The notes beneath the pieces were generated by a model that had not been told where the DNA came from, ran no database searches, and saw nothing but the letters and a program-made list of their open reading frames with translations. From assembly GCA_051117555.1 (NCBI GenBank), contig JBNPEG010000131.1:1-32123 (forward strand): 32,123 nt of DNA. The letters run 5' to 3'. The DNA is from Elainellaceae cyanobacterium (GTDB lineage: Bacteria > Cyanobacteriota > Cyanobacteriia > CAZCXK01). This document shows positions 18,496-28,404 of the stretch, piece after piece; positions within the stretch are counted from its first letter, which is position 1; each line of letters begins with the position of its first letter. Position numbers and translations under genes: made by a program.

Positions 18496-19218
18496 TTGAC
18501 ATTGATCGAATCTAATCCATCTAAGTTGCGTCACCGTCGGAGTCGACGAAAAAACCCTCTAATGACGGTGTTTCCGCTGGGCAGTGCTGCTGCGCTCAGT
18601 CTAATTTTGTTTGCTGGGCTAGGGTTTGGATATCGAAATTGGCGATCGCTTGTAATACCCCATTGGACGGCTGATTCTCCTCCCCTAGCTTTAGAGGGAG
18701 GCGATCCCCATATTCGGGCGCTCATGCGCACAATTTCGGCTAGCGAGGCAAACTATTCCAAACCCTACTCGGTCATCTACGGTGGAAGACGATTCCAGGA
18801 TTTAAGCAATCATCCCGACCAGTGTGTTCCAATTCAAGCCGGGCCCAATATAGGCGACTGCACGACAGCAGCGGGGCGGTATCAGTTCATCACCACAACC
18901 TGGCTCGAAAAAGCTCAAATATATCACCCAGTTCCATCCAAATGGTTGTTCTGGGAAACATACAGCTTCGAACCTCAATATCAAGATGCCGTCATATACC
19001 GATGGCTGAGCGATCCCCAAGCATGGAATGCTGATTTGTCAGGATTGCTCAAAGAGGGCGAAATTGAATATGTTTTATGGCTACTGTCTGATACGTGGAC
19101 AAGCCTAGGCTATGGAATTGAAACCAATTTCATCACAGACTCGCTGCCAGAGATCTACGAAACCGTCCTGCAGGAAGAACTTGACGATGCGTCAGACGCT
19201 GACCTCCATAGTCCTTAA
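18496..19218 (+). CDS. Membrane-anchored lambda-R-like muramidase / lytic transglycosylase (GH24/GH104-like)
   Basis: ISASEA (catalytic Glu), TAAGRYQF and WTSL motifs; N-terminal basic stretch plus TM helix; start uncertain (TTG 18496 or ATG 18562). Confidence 0.85.
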   Translation: MTLIESNPSKLRHRRSRRKNPLMTVFPLGSAAALSLILFAGLGFGYRNWRSLVIPHWTADSPPLALEGGDPHIRALMRTISASEANYSKPYSVIYGGRRFQDLSNHPDQCVPIQAGPNIGDCTTAAGRYQFITTTWLEKAQIYHPVPSKWLFWETYSFEPQYQDAVIYRWLSDPQAWNADLSGLLKEGEIEYVLWLLSDTWTSLGYGIETNFITDSLPEIYETVLQEELDDASDADLHSP

Positions 19219-19228
19219 ATTCACAATC

Positions 19229-19588
19229 TTAAGGAAGAAATCGATCTAACGCAGATTTCAGGGCTTCGATTTCATCATTGATGTTGCCTTCTTTAGCAGC
19301 ACGCCCCACACATTCAGACAAATGCTCATCTAGGATAATGCGAGCAACTCGGTCGAGCGCCCCCCGAACTGCGGCAATTTGAACCAATACATCAGGACAA
19401 GGACGGCTCTCCTGAACCATCGTCTTAATGCCGCGAATATGTCCCTCAACCCGTGAGAGGCGATTGATGATTCGTCTGAGTGATTCTTCGCTGTGAACAT
19501 GAGGATGGGTCGACAAGTCATCGTCATGAGCCTGATCAGCATGGGGAGGATGGATAGCGTGGGAATGAGATAGGTCTGAAGCTGCCAT
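19229..19588 (-). CDS. CsoR/RcnR-family metal-sensing repressor (InrS-like)
   Basis: His-rich N-terminus HPHVH, NRLSRVEGH, PCPDVLVQIAAVRGA and EHLSEC motifs; ATG start at 19588. Confidence 0.92.
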   Translation of the reverse strand: MAASDLSHSHAIHPPHADQAHDDDLSTHPHVHSEESLRRIINRLSRVEGHIRGIKTMVQESRPCPDVLVQIAAVRGALDRVARIILDEHLSECVGRAAKEGNINDEIEALKSALDRFLP

Positions 19589-19733
19589 GAGTATTGATAT
19601 CTGGGTGAGGCTGGACAGCGGAAATGCGCTTGACGAAAGAGAGTAGACTTGCAAACGGTGCGATCGCATGCAGCGCCTTAACTTAAACGATGACGATCAT
19701 CAATTAATTGAGTAAAACCAATGCGATCGCCCC

Positions 19734-19754
19734 AATTACCGTCTATAGGTAATT
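19734..19754. promoter_or_regulatory. Candidate CsoR/InrS-type operator palindrome
   Basis: AATTACC-GTCTATA-GGTAATT in the divergent repressor/hhoA intergenic region. Confidence 0.35.
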
Positions 19755-20008
19755 TTAGATGGTTTACGAGCAGTGATTTCCTCATGATCTTAGCCTAGAC
19801 TCATACGATATCGAACCGACTATGATTGTCACAACTCTCATTATCGACCTAATTCAGCACCACTCAGTTTGAGCGAGTCAAAGTTGGTGAACCTCGGGAT
19901 CATATCGCATGATGAATATAAGTCGAGTCCATCGTCAGAACAGCAAATCTTTCATAGAAAAGCTCTGAGGGGTTTGAGATGGACTGATTGGGTTCCCATA
20001 TCACGTTA

Positions 20009-21265
20009 ATGAATGAACTACGACAGATGATAATGCGTTTGATTGCGATCGCCCTTAGCGTAATTCTGATACTCAGCCCGATGCGCGGACTGAAAAACTC
20101 TGCGGATGCCATGCCCCTCAATCGTGAGAATAATCACGTCTTGCTCTCGCTGAACGAAGAAGGAAACGCCCACTCAGTCCTAAATAGGTCTGAGGTATCA
20201 GCTAGCACCTTAGTAGCCCAGGTTCCTAGCCAGTCTAGAAGCTTTGTTGCCTTAGCCGTTGAGCGGGTCGGATCGTCCGTTGTCCGTATCGATACTGAGC
20301 GAACGATCACGCGCCAACTCCCAGGCCCCCTCAATGATCCGTTCTTTCGGCAATTTTTTGGCGGAAATGAAATGGAGCCATCGCCATCGTTCGAGCAACG
20401 CCTCCAGGGGCAAGGTTCAGGCTTCATTATTGATAGCGAGGGCATTATTCTAACCAATGCTCATGTGGTCGATCGGGCGGATCGGGTGACGATACTCTTA
20501 AAAGATGGACGGACGTTTGACGGAGAGGTTCGGGGCGTTGATGAGGTTACAGATTTAGCCGTCGTCCAAATTGATACCAATCAAGGTGATTTGCCCGTTG
20601 CGCCATTGGGTGATTCCGATGATATTCAAGTAGGAGACTGGGCGATCGCGGTCGGTAATCCGTTGGGCTTAGACAATACGGTCACTCTCGGCATTGTGAG
20701 CACGCTCAATCGCTCCAGCGCCATTGTAGGAATTCCAGACAAACGGATTGATTTCATTCAAACCGATGCCGCCATTAATCCCGGCAACTCTGGAGGGCCT
20801 CTCCTTAACGAGCGTGGCGAGGTCATCGGTATCAATACTGCCATTCGCGCCAATGCAAACGGGATTGGGTTTGCCATTCCTATCAATAAGGCCAAAGACA
20901 TTTCTGCTCAACTGGTTCGAGGTGAGCGCGTCTCTCATCCGTATTTAGGAGTGCAGATTACGACCCTGACCCCTGACCTCGCCAACGAAAATAATCGTAA
21001 TCCTAACGCCAGCATCATACTTCCCGAAATCGATGGGGTGTTGATTACAGGAATTGTTCCAGATTCGCCAGCGGCTGCATCGGGATTGCGACGAGGCGAT
21101 GTGATTACTCAAATCAATGGACAATCGCTGACAAGTGCTCAAGCGCTCCAAAATTTTGTTGAAAATTCCGAAGTGGGGCAAAGTCTGAGAGTCACTGTGC
21201 GGCGCGGCGATCGCACTCAACAGCTCTCAGTTCAGACAGCTCAGCTCCCCAGCAGCGATCGCTAA
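20009..21265 (+). CDS. hhoA: HtrA/DegP-family serine protease with one PDZ domain (HhoA-like)
   Basis: [19 protein letters not shown] and [15 protein letters not shown] motifs, PDZ domain and signal peptide; start uncertain (20009, 20027 or 20033). Confidence 0.88.
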   Translation: MNELRQMIMRLIAIALSVILILSPMRGLKNSADAMPLNRENNHVLLSLNEEGNAHSVLNRSEVSASTLVAQVPSQSRSFVALAVERVGSSVVRIDTERTITRQLPGPLNDPFFRQFFGGNEMEPSPSFEQRLQGQGSGFIIDSEGIILTNAHVVDRADRVTILLKDGRTFDGEVRGVDEVTDLAVVQIDTNQGDLPVAPLGDSDDIQVGDWAIAVGNPLGLDNTVTLGIVSTLNRSSAIVGIPDKRIDFIQTDAAINPGNSGGPLLNERGEVIGINTAIRANANGIGFAIPINKAKDISAQLVRGERVSHPYLGVQITTLTPDLANENNRNPNASIILPEIDGVLITGIVPDSPAAASGLRRGDVITQINGQSLTSAQALQNFVENSEVGQSLRVTVRRGDRTQQLSVQTAQLPSSDR

Positions 21266-21400
21266 ATACCCGCTCCATCCCCGAACATGCAGATATTTGC
21301 ATAAGCTTTATCTGGGAACTCCATAGATTCACCGACTCTTTACCGAATTTTCCCAGAGTCGTTCCAAAATGGTGAATAGCGTTGCACAGCTTGTCTCTCG

Positions 21401-21433
21401 AAGCCTCGGTATTATACCGGGCTTTTTACTTTT
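21401..21433 (+). terminator. Intrinsic terminator after hhoA
   Basis: AAGCCTCGGT-ATTAT-ACCGGGCTT stem-loop followed by TTTACTTTT. Confidence 0.7.
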
Positions 21434-21615
21434 GGGGGCATATATTGAGAATCTATGCACACGGGTATGAACACCGTAAGGCTATAGATTTCTACAGAAG
21501 ATTTTTACAGAACGTTACGCAGTAAATGAGTTTTGGGGGTGCGAACGCTTTAGACTTGATAAGAACCGCATGATGATGTGAACGGTTGTTTTATCAAGTT
21601 TGTCGTTAGCACGCT

Positions 21616-22599
21616 ATGTTTCCAACTCATCGTCCTCGCCGCCTCCGCAGCCATCCTCAACTTCGCCGAATGGTGCAGGAGACTGTCATTACAACCAGCG
21701 ACCTCATTTATCCGCTCTTTGCTGTCTCGGGTGAAGGCATCGCCCAAGAAGTCAAGTCTATGCCAGGGGTCTATCAGCTTTCAGTCGACAAAATTGTCGA
21801 GGAAGCTAAGCAAATCTACGATCTAGGCATTCCTGCCACTATCCTGTTTGGAATTCCTAACGAAAAAGACGAGGATGCAACCGGAGCATGGCATGATCAT
21901 GGCATCGTGCAGGTTGCATCGAGAGCCATCAAGGAAGCTGTACCCGACCTGATTGTCATCGTCGATACCTGCCTATGTGAATATACGTCGCATGGGCACT
22001 GTGGCTATTTAGAAGTTGGCGACTTAGCAGGACGAGTTCTCAATGATCCAACGCTAGAACTACTGAAAAAAACCGCCGTTTCTCAAGCGCAGGCAGGAGC
22101 AGATATTATTGCCCCCTCCGGCATGATGGATGGGTTTGTGCAAGCCATTCGCCAAGGGTTGGATGACGCAGGCTTCACCCATATCCCAATTTTGTCTTAC
22201 GCAGCGAAATATTCATCGTCATACTACGGTCCGTTTCGGGATGCGGCAGATTCTGCGCCGCAGTTTGGCGATCGCCGCACCTATCAGATGGACCCTGCCA
22301 ACTCTCGCGAAGCGCTTAAAGAAATTGAGCTCGATATCGCAGAAGGTGCAGATATGCTGATGGTCAAGCCTGCCCTTGCATATATGGACATCATCTGGCA
22401 AGTCAAGCAAGCAAGCCATCTGCCCGTCGCTGCCTATAATGTGTCTGGCGAATATTCAATGATTAAGGCAGCCGCTCTCAACGGCTGGGTTGACGAGCAA
22501 AAAGTCGTCATGGAAACGATGACCAGTTTTAAGAGAGCAGGGGCAGATTTAATCCTGACATATCACGCGAAAGACATTGCTCGCTGGCTAACACAATAA
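21616..22599 (+). CDS. hemB: Porphobilinogen synthase (ALA dehydratase)
   Basis: [20 protein letters not shown]n site, SGMMDG, YGPFRDA and MVKPA motifs. Confidence 0.98.
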   Translation: MFPTHRPRRLRSHPQLRRMVQETVITTSDLIYPLFAVSGEGIAQEVKSMPGVYQLSVDKIVEEAKQIYDLGIPATILFGIPNEKDEDATGAWHDHGIVQVASRAIKEAVPDLIVIVDTCLCEYTSHGHCGYLEVGDLAGRVLNDPTLELLKKTAVSQAQAGADIIAPSGMMDGFVQAIRQGLDDAGFTHIPILSYAAKYSSSYYGPFRDAADSAPQFGDRRTYQMDPANSREALKEIELDIAEGADMLMVKPALAYMDIIWQVKQASHLPVAAYNVSGEYSMIKAAALNGWVDEQKVVMETMTSFKRAGADLILTYHAKDIARWLTQ

Positions 22600-22723
22600 T
22601 TTTGTCATTTGGGGCAGTACAGATTGTAGATGTCCCAACTCTGGATGCCAGAATAGTAGAGGGATGACTCAGTCACATTCTGACATTCATCATTGCCCTA
22701 TTAGACCTTAACTTTAAACTCTC

Positions 22724-23317
22724 ATGGCATATCTCTGGTTTAAGGCATTTCATCTCATCGGCGTAGTCGTCTGGTTTGCGGGTTTGTTTTATCTGGTTCG
22801 CCTCTTCATCTATCACGTTGAAGCCAATGAGCAACCAGAACCTGCCCAGGGCATTCTCAAAACTCAGTACGAATTGATGGAGAAACGGCTCTACAGAATT
22901 ATCACCACCCCGGGCATGGTGGTGACCGTTGCAATGGCAATCGGGATCCTGTGGCAAGAACCTGCGGTTCTGAGAGATGGATGGCTTCATGCCAAGCTCG
23001 CGTTAGTTTTGGTGTTAGTCGGCTATCATCACTATTGCGGTCGACTCATGAAAAAACTAGCGGCTGATGAATGCCGATGGACAAGTAAACAGCTTCGGGC
23101 ACTCAATGAATTTCCGACATTGCTACTCGTGGCGATCGTCATGCTAGCGGTATTTAAGAACAACTTCCCTACCAATGCATCATCCTATTTAATCGCAGGT
23201 CTTGTGGTGCTTATGGCTGCGACGATTCAGCTATATGCCAGGAAGCGTCGTTTAGACAAAGAACGGAAGGAACAAGACCAAGCAACCGTGGGTGGCGATC
23301 AGGTTCTACAAAATTAG
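22724..23317 (+). CDS. hemJ: Protoporphyrinogen oxidase HemJ
   Basis: WFKAFHLIGVVVWFAGLFYLVRLFIYH, MEKRLY and LNEFPT motifs. Confidence 0.96.
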   Translation: MAYLWFKAFHLIGVVVWFAGLFYLVRLFIYHVEANEQPEPAQGILKTQYELMEKRLYRIITTPGMVVTVAMAIGILWQEPAVLRDGWLHAKLALVLVLVGYHHYCGRLMKKLAADECRWTSKQLRALNEFPTLLLVAIVMLAVFKNNFPTNASSYLIAGLVVLMAATIQLYARKRRLDKERKEQDQATVGGDQVLQN

Positions 23318-23343
23318 CCCATTCAAGCTAATATGCAGCAATC

Positions 23344-23562
23344 ATGAGCACTCTCGATGAAAAGCTAGAAATACTGATTGACCAGGTGGGGCGTCTGACA
23401 GAAGGCTTAACCGATATCAAGCTAACGACTCAGCAACAAGCAGAAGTCGCACGGCAGAATGCAGAGATCGCATGGCAGAATGCAGAAACCTCTCGCCAAC
23501 AAATCGAAGCAGTCAATCGACTCACTCGAATCGTAGAAGCTCTAATTGACGCGAGAGTATAG
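23344..23562 (+). CDS. Small coiled-coil hypothetical protein
   Basis: 72-aa ATG ORF; DQVGRLTEGLT followed by Q/A/E heptads encoded by 21-bp tandem repeats. Confidence 0.7.
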   Translation: MSTLDEKLEILIDQVGRLTEGLTDIKLTTQQQAEVARQNAEIAWQNAETSRQQIEAVNRLTRIVEALIDARV

Positions 23563-23640
23563 CGAGTTACGGCGATTCAAAAACCAGTAGCGATTGCCAC
23601 TGACTTCGAGCAAACTATTTCTCAAGACACTAGATCGTCA

Positions 23641-24501
23641 TCAGATCAGTTGATTGATCATGCGATTGGCTTGAGACTCATATCCGCCCCCAAACTGATT
23701 GAAGTGATTGATGATGTGATACAGGTTATACAGGGTCTTTCGTTGCTCATATCCAGGTTCGAGCGGATAGGCATGGTTGTAAGCCTGATAGAACTCGGCG
23801 GGGAAACTGCCAAATAGCTCACTCATGGCCAAATCAACTTCGCGATCGCCAAAATAAGTCGCCGGATCAAGAATCACGGGTTCGCCGAGCTTCGTCACGG
23901 CTGCATTGCCTGACCACAAATCTCCATGCACCAGCGAGGGTTCAGGATAATAATCGGCCAAAATATCGGGAATGGTCTGCATCAGCTTGTGCTCATTTGG
24001 AAAATGTCCGCCCCGTTTTCGCGCAAGCTGAAGCTGATAGCCAATGCGGTGATCTCTAAAAAACTCAGTCCAGGTTTCAGTCCACGGATTTATCTGGGGC
24101 ATAAAGCCGATGGTGTTGCTTTGATCCCATCCAAATCCTTTGCTGCTTATAACGCGATGCATGGCCGCTAGGTTGTGCCCCATTTCCTCCCAGGCCTGAT
24201 GGGTGCCATATCCAAAATCCAGCCATTCCAACACGATATAGGCAGAATCTGATTCGACTCCCCAACAAATAGGACGCGGAACTCGAATCGTCTTTGTCTC
24301 AGCAATCTGCTGTAGCCCCAGCGCTTCAAGCTCGAACATCGATATCCGACTCGCCTGATTGATCTTGATAAAATAAGCGCGATCGCCATCAGATAAGGCA
24401 TAAGCCTGATTGACGCTACCCCCGCCGACCGGACGACGATGACTCGCCTTGAAATTTTCTCCGGTGGCTTGACTAATCGCTGTAGCAATTTGATCCCACA
24501 T
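23641..24501 (-). CDS. Fructosamine/ketosamine-3-kinase family protein
   Basis: GGGSVN, F.K.N, E..GL, HGDLWSGN, DPA.Y.GDREVDLAM and LYH..NH motifs. Confidence 0.94.
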   Translation of the reverse strand: MWDQIATAISQATGENFKASHRRPVGGGSVNQAYALSDGDRAYFIKINQASRISMFELEALGLQQIAETKTIRVPRPICWGVESDSAYIVLEWLDFGYGTHQAWEEMGHNLAAMHRVISSKGFGWDQSNTIGFMPQINPWTETWTEFFRDHRIGYQLQLARKRGGHFPNEHKLMQTIPDILADYYPEPSLVHGDLWSGNAAVTKLGEPVILDPATYFGDREVDLAMSELFGSFPAEFYQAYNHAYPLEPGYEQRKTLYNLYHIINHFNQFGGGYESQANRMINQLI

Positions 24502-24687
24502 AACAGTGCATGAGGTTGGGCTTCATTCTGCATCTTACACCGAGGATGGTCGTGAAGGATGAGTCATGGGTTGATCGGTGAGATATGATGAATGGCAAGC
24601 ACGATAGGGATTATCATGCCCTATTAGAGATACTTTCAATGATTTCTCTACTGCTTTGTCTTTTAGTTTTTAACCGTTGGCTAAGTC

Positions 24688-25353
24688 ATGCGCTTACCTT
24701 TGCCTCAATTCACCAGCCAAAATCGGCATCCCCACCACATTGCAGAAGTAATCGAAACATCTACTACTGAATTCTTGGCTCAGTGTTTAGAACCTGACGA
24801 TCTTAGCTATGCTGTGATGCCACCCTTTGGTAGTTGGGTCAAAGCGCATGACGAAGAATCGGGCAATCAAATTTATGCAGTGGTTTATCATGCGACAACT
24901 AGCCCCATCGATTCTGTGCATCGGGCGCGGGCATTGGGGCTTTCGCTACAAGACTTGCGAGAGCAACAGCCCCAGATTTTTGCCATGCTAAAAACCGAGT
25001 TTCGGGCAGCGATCGCCGGGTTTAAGCCTTCCGAGAAATCGCGTAATGGGTCAACGCATAGCGATCGCATTTATCAGCATCTACCTCCTCGTCCACCCCA
25101 GGTTCATCAAGCGGTGTATCGCTGCGATTCGACTGAGGTGATCGCGTTTAGCGATACTCTTGATTTCCTGCGGACGCTGCTTCAGATTACAGGAGCCCCA
25201 GTCGACAGCCTCACCGCGGCTGCGATCCGAGAAATTTATCAGCTCAGAAAAGGCGATCGCACCTGGCTCGTACAAGCTGGACGAACATTAAGCCTACTCT
25301 TAAAAGATGATTATGATCGCCTGCGAATCATTTTGGATCAAATTTATTTGTAA
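24688..25353 (+). CDS. HAS-barrel domain protein
   Basis: MRLPLPQF, AEVIET.TTEFLAQC, PPFGSWVK, EQPQIF and LPPRPPQVH motifs of the cyanobacterial family. Confidence 0.85.
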   Translation: MRLPLPQFTSQNRHPHHIAEVIETSTTEFLAQCLEPDDLSYAVMPPFGSWVKAHDEESGNQIYAVVYHATTSPIDSVHRARALGLSLQDLREQQPQIFAMLKTEFRAAIAGFKPSEKSRNGSTHSDRIYQHLPPRPPQVHQAVYRCDSTEVIAFSDTLDFLRTLLQITGAPVDSLTAAAIREIYQLRKGDRTWLVQAGRTLSLLLKDDYDRLRIILDQIYL

Positions 25354-25527
25354 ACCCAATATTTAAGACTTACGCCTTCTTTACAGAGTTTTTCAAATAA
25401 CAGTAACAATTGATGAATAAATAGCACGCTGTGTAACAACTCTATTAAAAGAAGTCAATGATGTCACCCGGATTTCAGCACACCCTTCACAATAGAATCC
25501 AATAACGGCGCTTGTGATCTGTGGCAA

Positions 25528-26454
25528 ATGTTTAATCAAACTCTGACGTATTCGGTTAGCGATCGCCCCAAAGCCAATTCTGTTTCTGACCAGATTCAGG
25601 TCGCATTAGCAATCGCAGATGAGACCATTCTCAAGTCGCTGCTCGTCGATTCCGTCCCTTCGATTTCTGCACCTCACCGAATTGGGACTGTGCATTCGTC
25701 TGTGGGTGTGCCTATCGAAACGCACGAAGTCGCAGATGGCGTCCTTCAATTTGAGTCGATTAGCTGTCTGTTAGCTAGTTCTCAAAGTGAGGTAGAACAA
25801 GCGATCGCAGCAAATTCATACGTAACTGGAGCATGCACTCGACGGAATGAATATGCAAAATTAACTCAGTGTGAATCTGAGACGCAAGTGCTAGGGCAGA
25901 ATATCTCATTAGCTCAGGCGCTTGGGATACTCTCTCATGCCGGGTTTATGCCCCATCAAGTCCAAGAAATTCTTTACTTACCCAATGAAGCTTGGCATAA
26001 AACCTGGTGGTATGCCCTCGACGAATTTGGTGATTTTACGGTGCCATTTCGGCGACTAATTCGAACTCGTCGATTTGCCGATGGCACATTTACTATCCGA
26101 TACAAAGACTATTTTGCTCAAGACAAGCCACCGTGTTTCAAAAGCAACACGCAAAATGTATTGATTGACGTTGCATTAGGAGATCTGAGTTTTAGTTACC
26201 GACTCAGGAAAATTAATTATCTTCGACAACATCTCAATGTTGACAAAGCCATTCTCATTTGCGATCGCCTGTCAGACTTAGAAGCTCAAGGATTTATCAG
26301 TCAAGGGGTCAGCATCTATTCAGTTGAAGATGTGATGCTGCCGACTCAATCGGACTGTGGGCTATGTGTCAATCGAGATTGCCCAATGAACGGGCGCAGG
26401 GACTCTCCTGTGCTTACGTGTCGCCGATTTTGCCTCGAAGATTGGCACGATTGA
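25528..26454 (+). CDS. Conserved hypothetical protein with C-terminal Cys cluster
   Basis: 308-aa ORF with AWHKTWWY and CGLCVNRDC...CRRFC motifs. Confidence 0.8.
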   Translation: MFNQTLTYSVSDRPKANSVSDQIQVALAIADETILKSLLVDSVPSISAPHRIGTVHSSVGVPIETHEVADGVLQFESISCLLASSQSEVEQAIAANSYVTGACTRRNEYAKLTQCESETQVLGQNISLAQALGILSHAGFMPHQVQEILYLPNEAWHKTWWYALDEFGDFTVPFRRLIRTRRFADGTFTIRYKDYFAQDKPPCFKSNTQNVLIDVALGDLSFSYRLRKINYLRQHLNVDKAILICDRLSDLEAQGFISQGVSIYSVEDVMLPTQSDCGLCVNRDCPMNGRRDSPVLTCRRFCLEDWHD

Positions 26455-26564
26455 CTGTCTACAATTGACACCGTTTATCTAAGCCAATTTATAAAGTTGC
26501 CCAACAGCAGGACTCTGTAGATTTAGAATGCGCCATACTACCTGTAGTAGATTTACGATGTCCT

Positions 26565-27386
26565 GTGAATAAACCTGCTGTTATTACTGTCGCAATTATG
26601 GGTGGCACCCTCATTGGAGTTTTGGCGGGTGTCTATCACGCACGCAATCAACCGTTTGTCCCTCTTTCTCAAGTTACGCAAGAAAGGACAGCATTGGCAG
26701 AGCCAGTTGATGCATCAATCTCGTCGTCTCAGTCTACATCTCAATCCGTTCAACCGTCGGACGATCGCGGTCAAACGCAGTCAAGCGGTGCTGATCCCCA
26801 GTCATCACAATCTGCTGCCCCGTCTTCCTCTCCACGGGCTCCCCAACTCCAGCCACAGGAGCAGCCCGAACCCACAGAGGGGATTCGTCTCCAGGTCGAG
26901 GTTAGCGAAGCAGACATTAATCAATTGGTGAAAGATGCGATCGCCAGTCACTCAGATCGCAGCTCGTTGCTTGCCGGTGCTGACGACTTTAGCCTCACTA
27001 TCCGCAATGGCACCGTCGAAGGAGGAACGCGCGTTAGCCTTGCTGATATTCCAACAGACCAACTGGGGGAGCGAGAGCGCACTGCCTTAGAAAGTGCAAC
27101 CAGCTTGATCCCTGGTTTAGGGAATCGAGACATTTACGTGGGCGTGGTCGGACGACCCAGAGTCGAAAATGGCGAGATCAAGCTTGGAGATGATTTAACG
27201 CTAAAGCTCGGTCGACTAAATCTGCCCTTTTCCCAAATTTCTAGCCGATTGGGAGTGCCAGTCGACTCAATTGAGCAAGAAATTAACCGTCAACTGCAAT
27301 CGCGCGGCATTCAGATTCAAACGATTGAGTTCGTGGGCGATCGCGTCATCTTGCAAGGGGATGTCGACGTATCTCAATCAAACTGA
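26565..27386 (+). CDS. Hypothetical membrane-anchored protein (TM, S/Q/P linker, beta-rich domain)
   Basis: 273-aa ORF with GTG start, N-terminal hydrophobic helix and low-complexity linker. Confidence 0.75.
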   Translation: MNKPAVITVAIMGGTLIGVLAGVYHARNQPFVPLSQVTQERTALAEPVDASISSSQSTSQSVQPSDDRGQTQSSGADPQSSQSAAPSSSPRAPQLQPQEQPEPTEGIRLQVEVSEADINQLVKDAIASHSDRSSLLAGADDFSLTIRNGTVEGGTRVSLADIPTDQLGERERTALESATSLIPGLGNRDIYVGVVGRPRVENGEIKLGDDLTLKLGRLNLPFSQISSRLGVPVDSIEQEINRQLQSRGIQIQTIEFVGDRVILQGDVDVSQSN

Positions 27387-27387
27387 G

Positions 27388-28194
27388 CTATTGTTCTTTC
27401 GGCAGGCTCACCTGCAAGTTACCGTTCTGGTCTGTCGAGACAGTAGCGCCCAGATTTCGCATTTGAGTGATCGCAAGCTGCTGAGTAGCCTCATCGAATG
27501 CGTTATTAAACACCATCGTCCAAACTGAAATTTGAGCCGACCGGCTATCCGGGTTGCTCTTTAGAAATTGAACGGTCTGAGCCGATGATTGCGCTATTTG
27601 CTGACTCTCCTTGTCCGAGTAGACACTAGCCCACTCAGTGACCTTGTTAAAAGATTCGCGAGCCGCTGCCGTATCACCGAGAAATAACAGCTCATCGATG
27701 CCCTTATATCGCCACACATAATACGCCTTGTCAGGTAGGGTAGGCGAAAGATTAGGCAACTCTCGTTCGATAATGTCGACCGTGCGTTGAGGCATCCCTG
27801 CATACAGCGACGTACTAGCCGACAGAAAAAAATAACCCAATCGGAAATAGGGATCGCGAGCCAAAATCACGTCAAAGTATTCAGGGCTGAGGCGATACCC
27901 TGTATGCTCACGGGCAGGTGTGTCACCAAAATACTGGACAAAGTTTAGAAACACCCAATCAGCCAGCAAATTATCAAAGCCGAAATCTGGGGCATAGTCT
28001 AGAAAGCGCAACTGGATTTCTTTGGCTTGTTCTGCCCGCTCAGCAGCGTCCTGCGTCATGGTTTGACTCGCGTTTTGAAGCCGGGCAAGCCGAGGACGTT
28101 GTAACGCTCCAATACCGACCATGCAGGCAATGGCGATCGCCCCGATAACGACAGATTCAAGGAATTGCTTGCGAGACTGCATCAGCATAAACAC
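27388..28194 (-). CDS. Membrane-anchored helical/TPR-like protein of the type found in cyanobacterial pilin loci
   Basis: FGFDNLLADWVFLNFVQYFGD, GY.LSPEYF and YKGIDELLFLGD motifs; family link recalled, not searched; start could be 28194, 28188 or 28182. Confidence 0.75.
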   Translation of the reverse strand: MFMLMQSRKQFLESVVIGAIAIACMVGIGALQRPRLARLQNASQTMTQDAAERAEQAKEIQLRFLDYAPDFGFDNLLADWVFLNFVQYFGDTPAREHTGYRLSPEYFDVILARDPYFRLGYFFLSASTSLYAGMPQRTVDIIERELPNLSPTLPDKAYYVWRYKGIDELLFLGDTAAARESFNKVTEWASVYSDKESQQIAQSSAQTVQFLKSNPDSRSAQISVWTMVFNNAFDEATQQLAITQMRNLGATVSTDQNGNLQVSLPKEQ

Positions 28195-28404
28195 ACCGCC
28201 AAATTCAACTCCTTCAGCTCAACTATTGGAGTAGATTTCATTATCCACTAGACAGGCATCCTGATCTTAGCGTTCATAATAATAAGGAAACGGATTTTTC
28301 ATGGGGCCCCATCGAGCACCCGAATAATCAATATGCCCAGGAAGAGTGAGTCCCGTTCACACTGCAAATGAATCGACGTTGAAAGACGTGGGGAGAGCAA
28401 GACG

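Noticed and set aside
18496..19218. Prophage lysis module
   Set aside because: No holin, structural, integrase or other phage genes are nearby.
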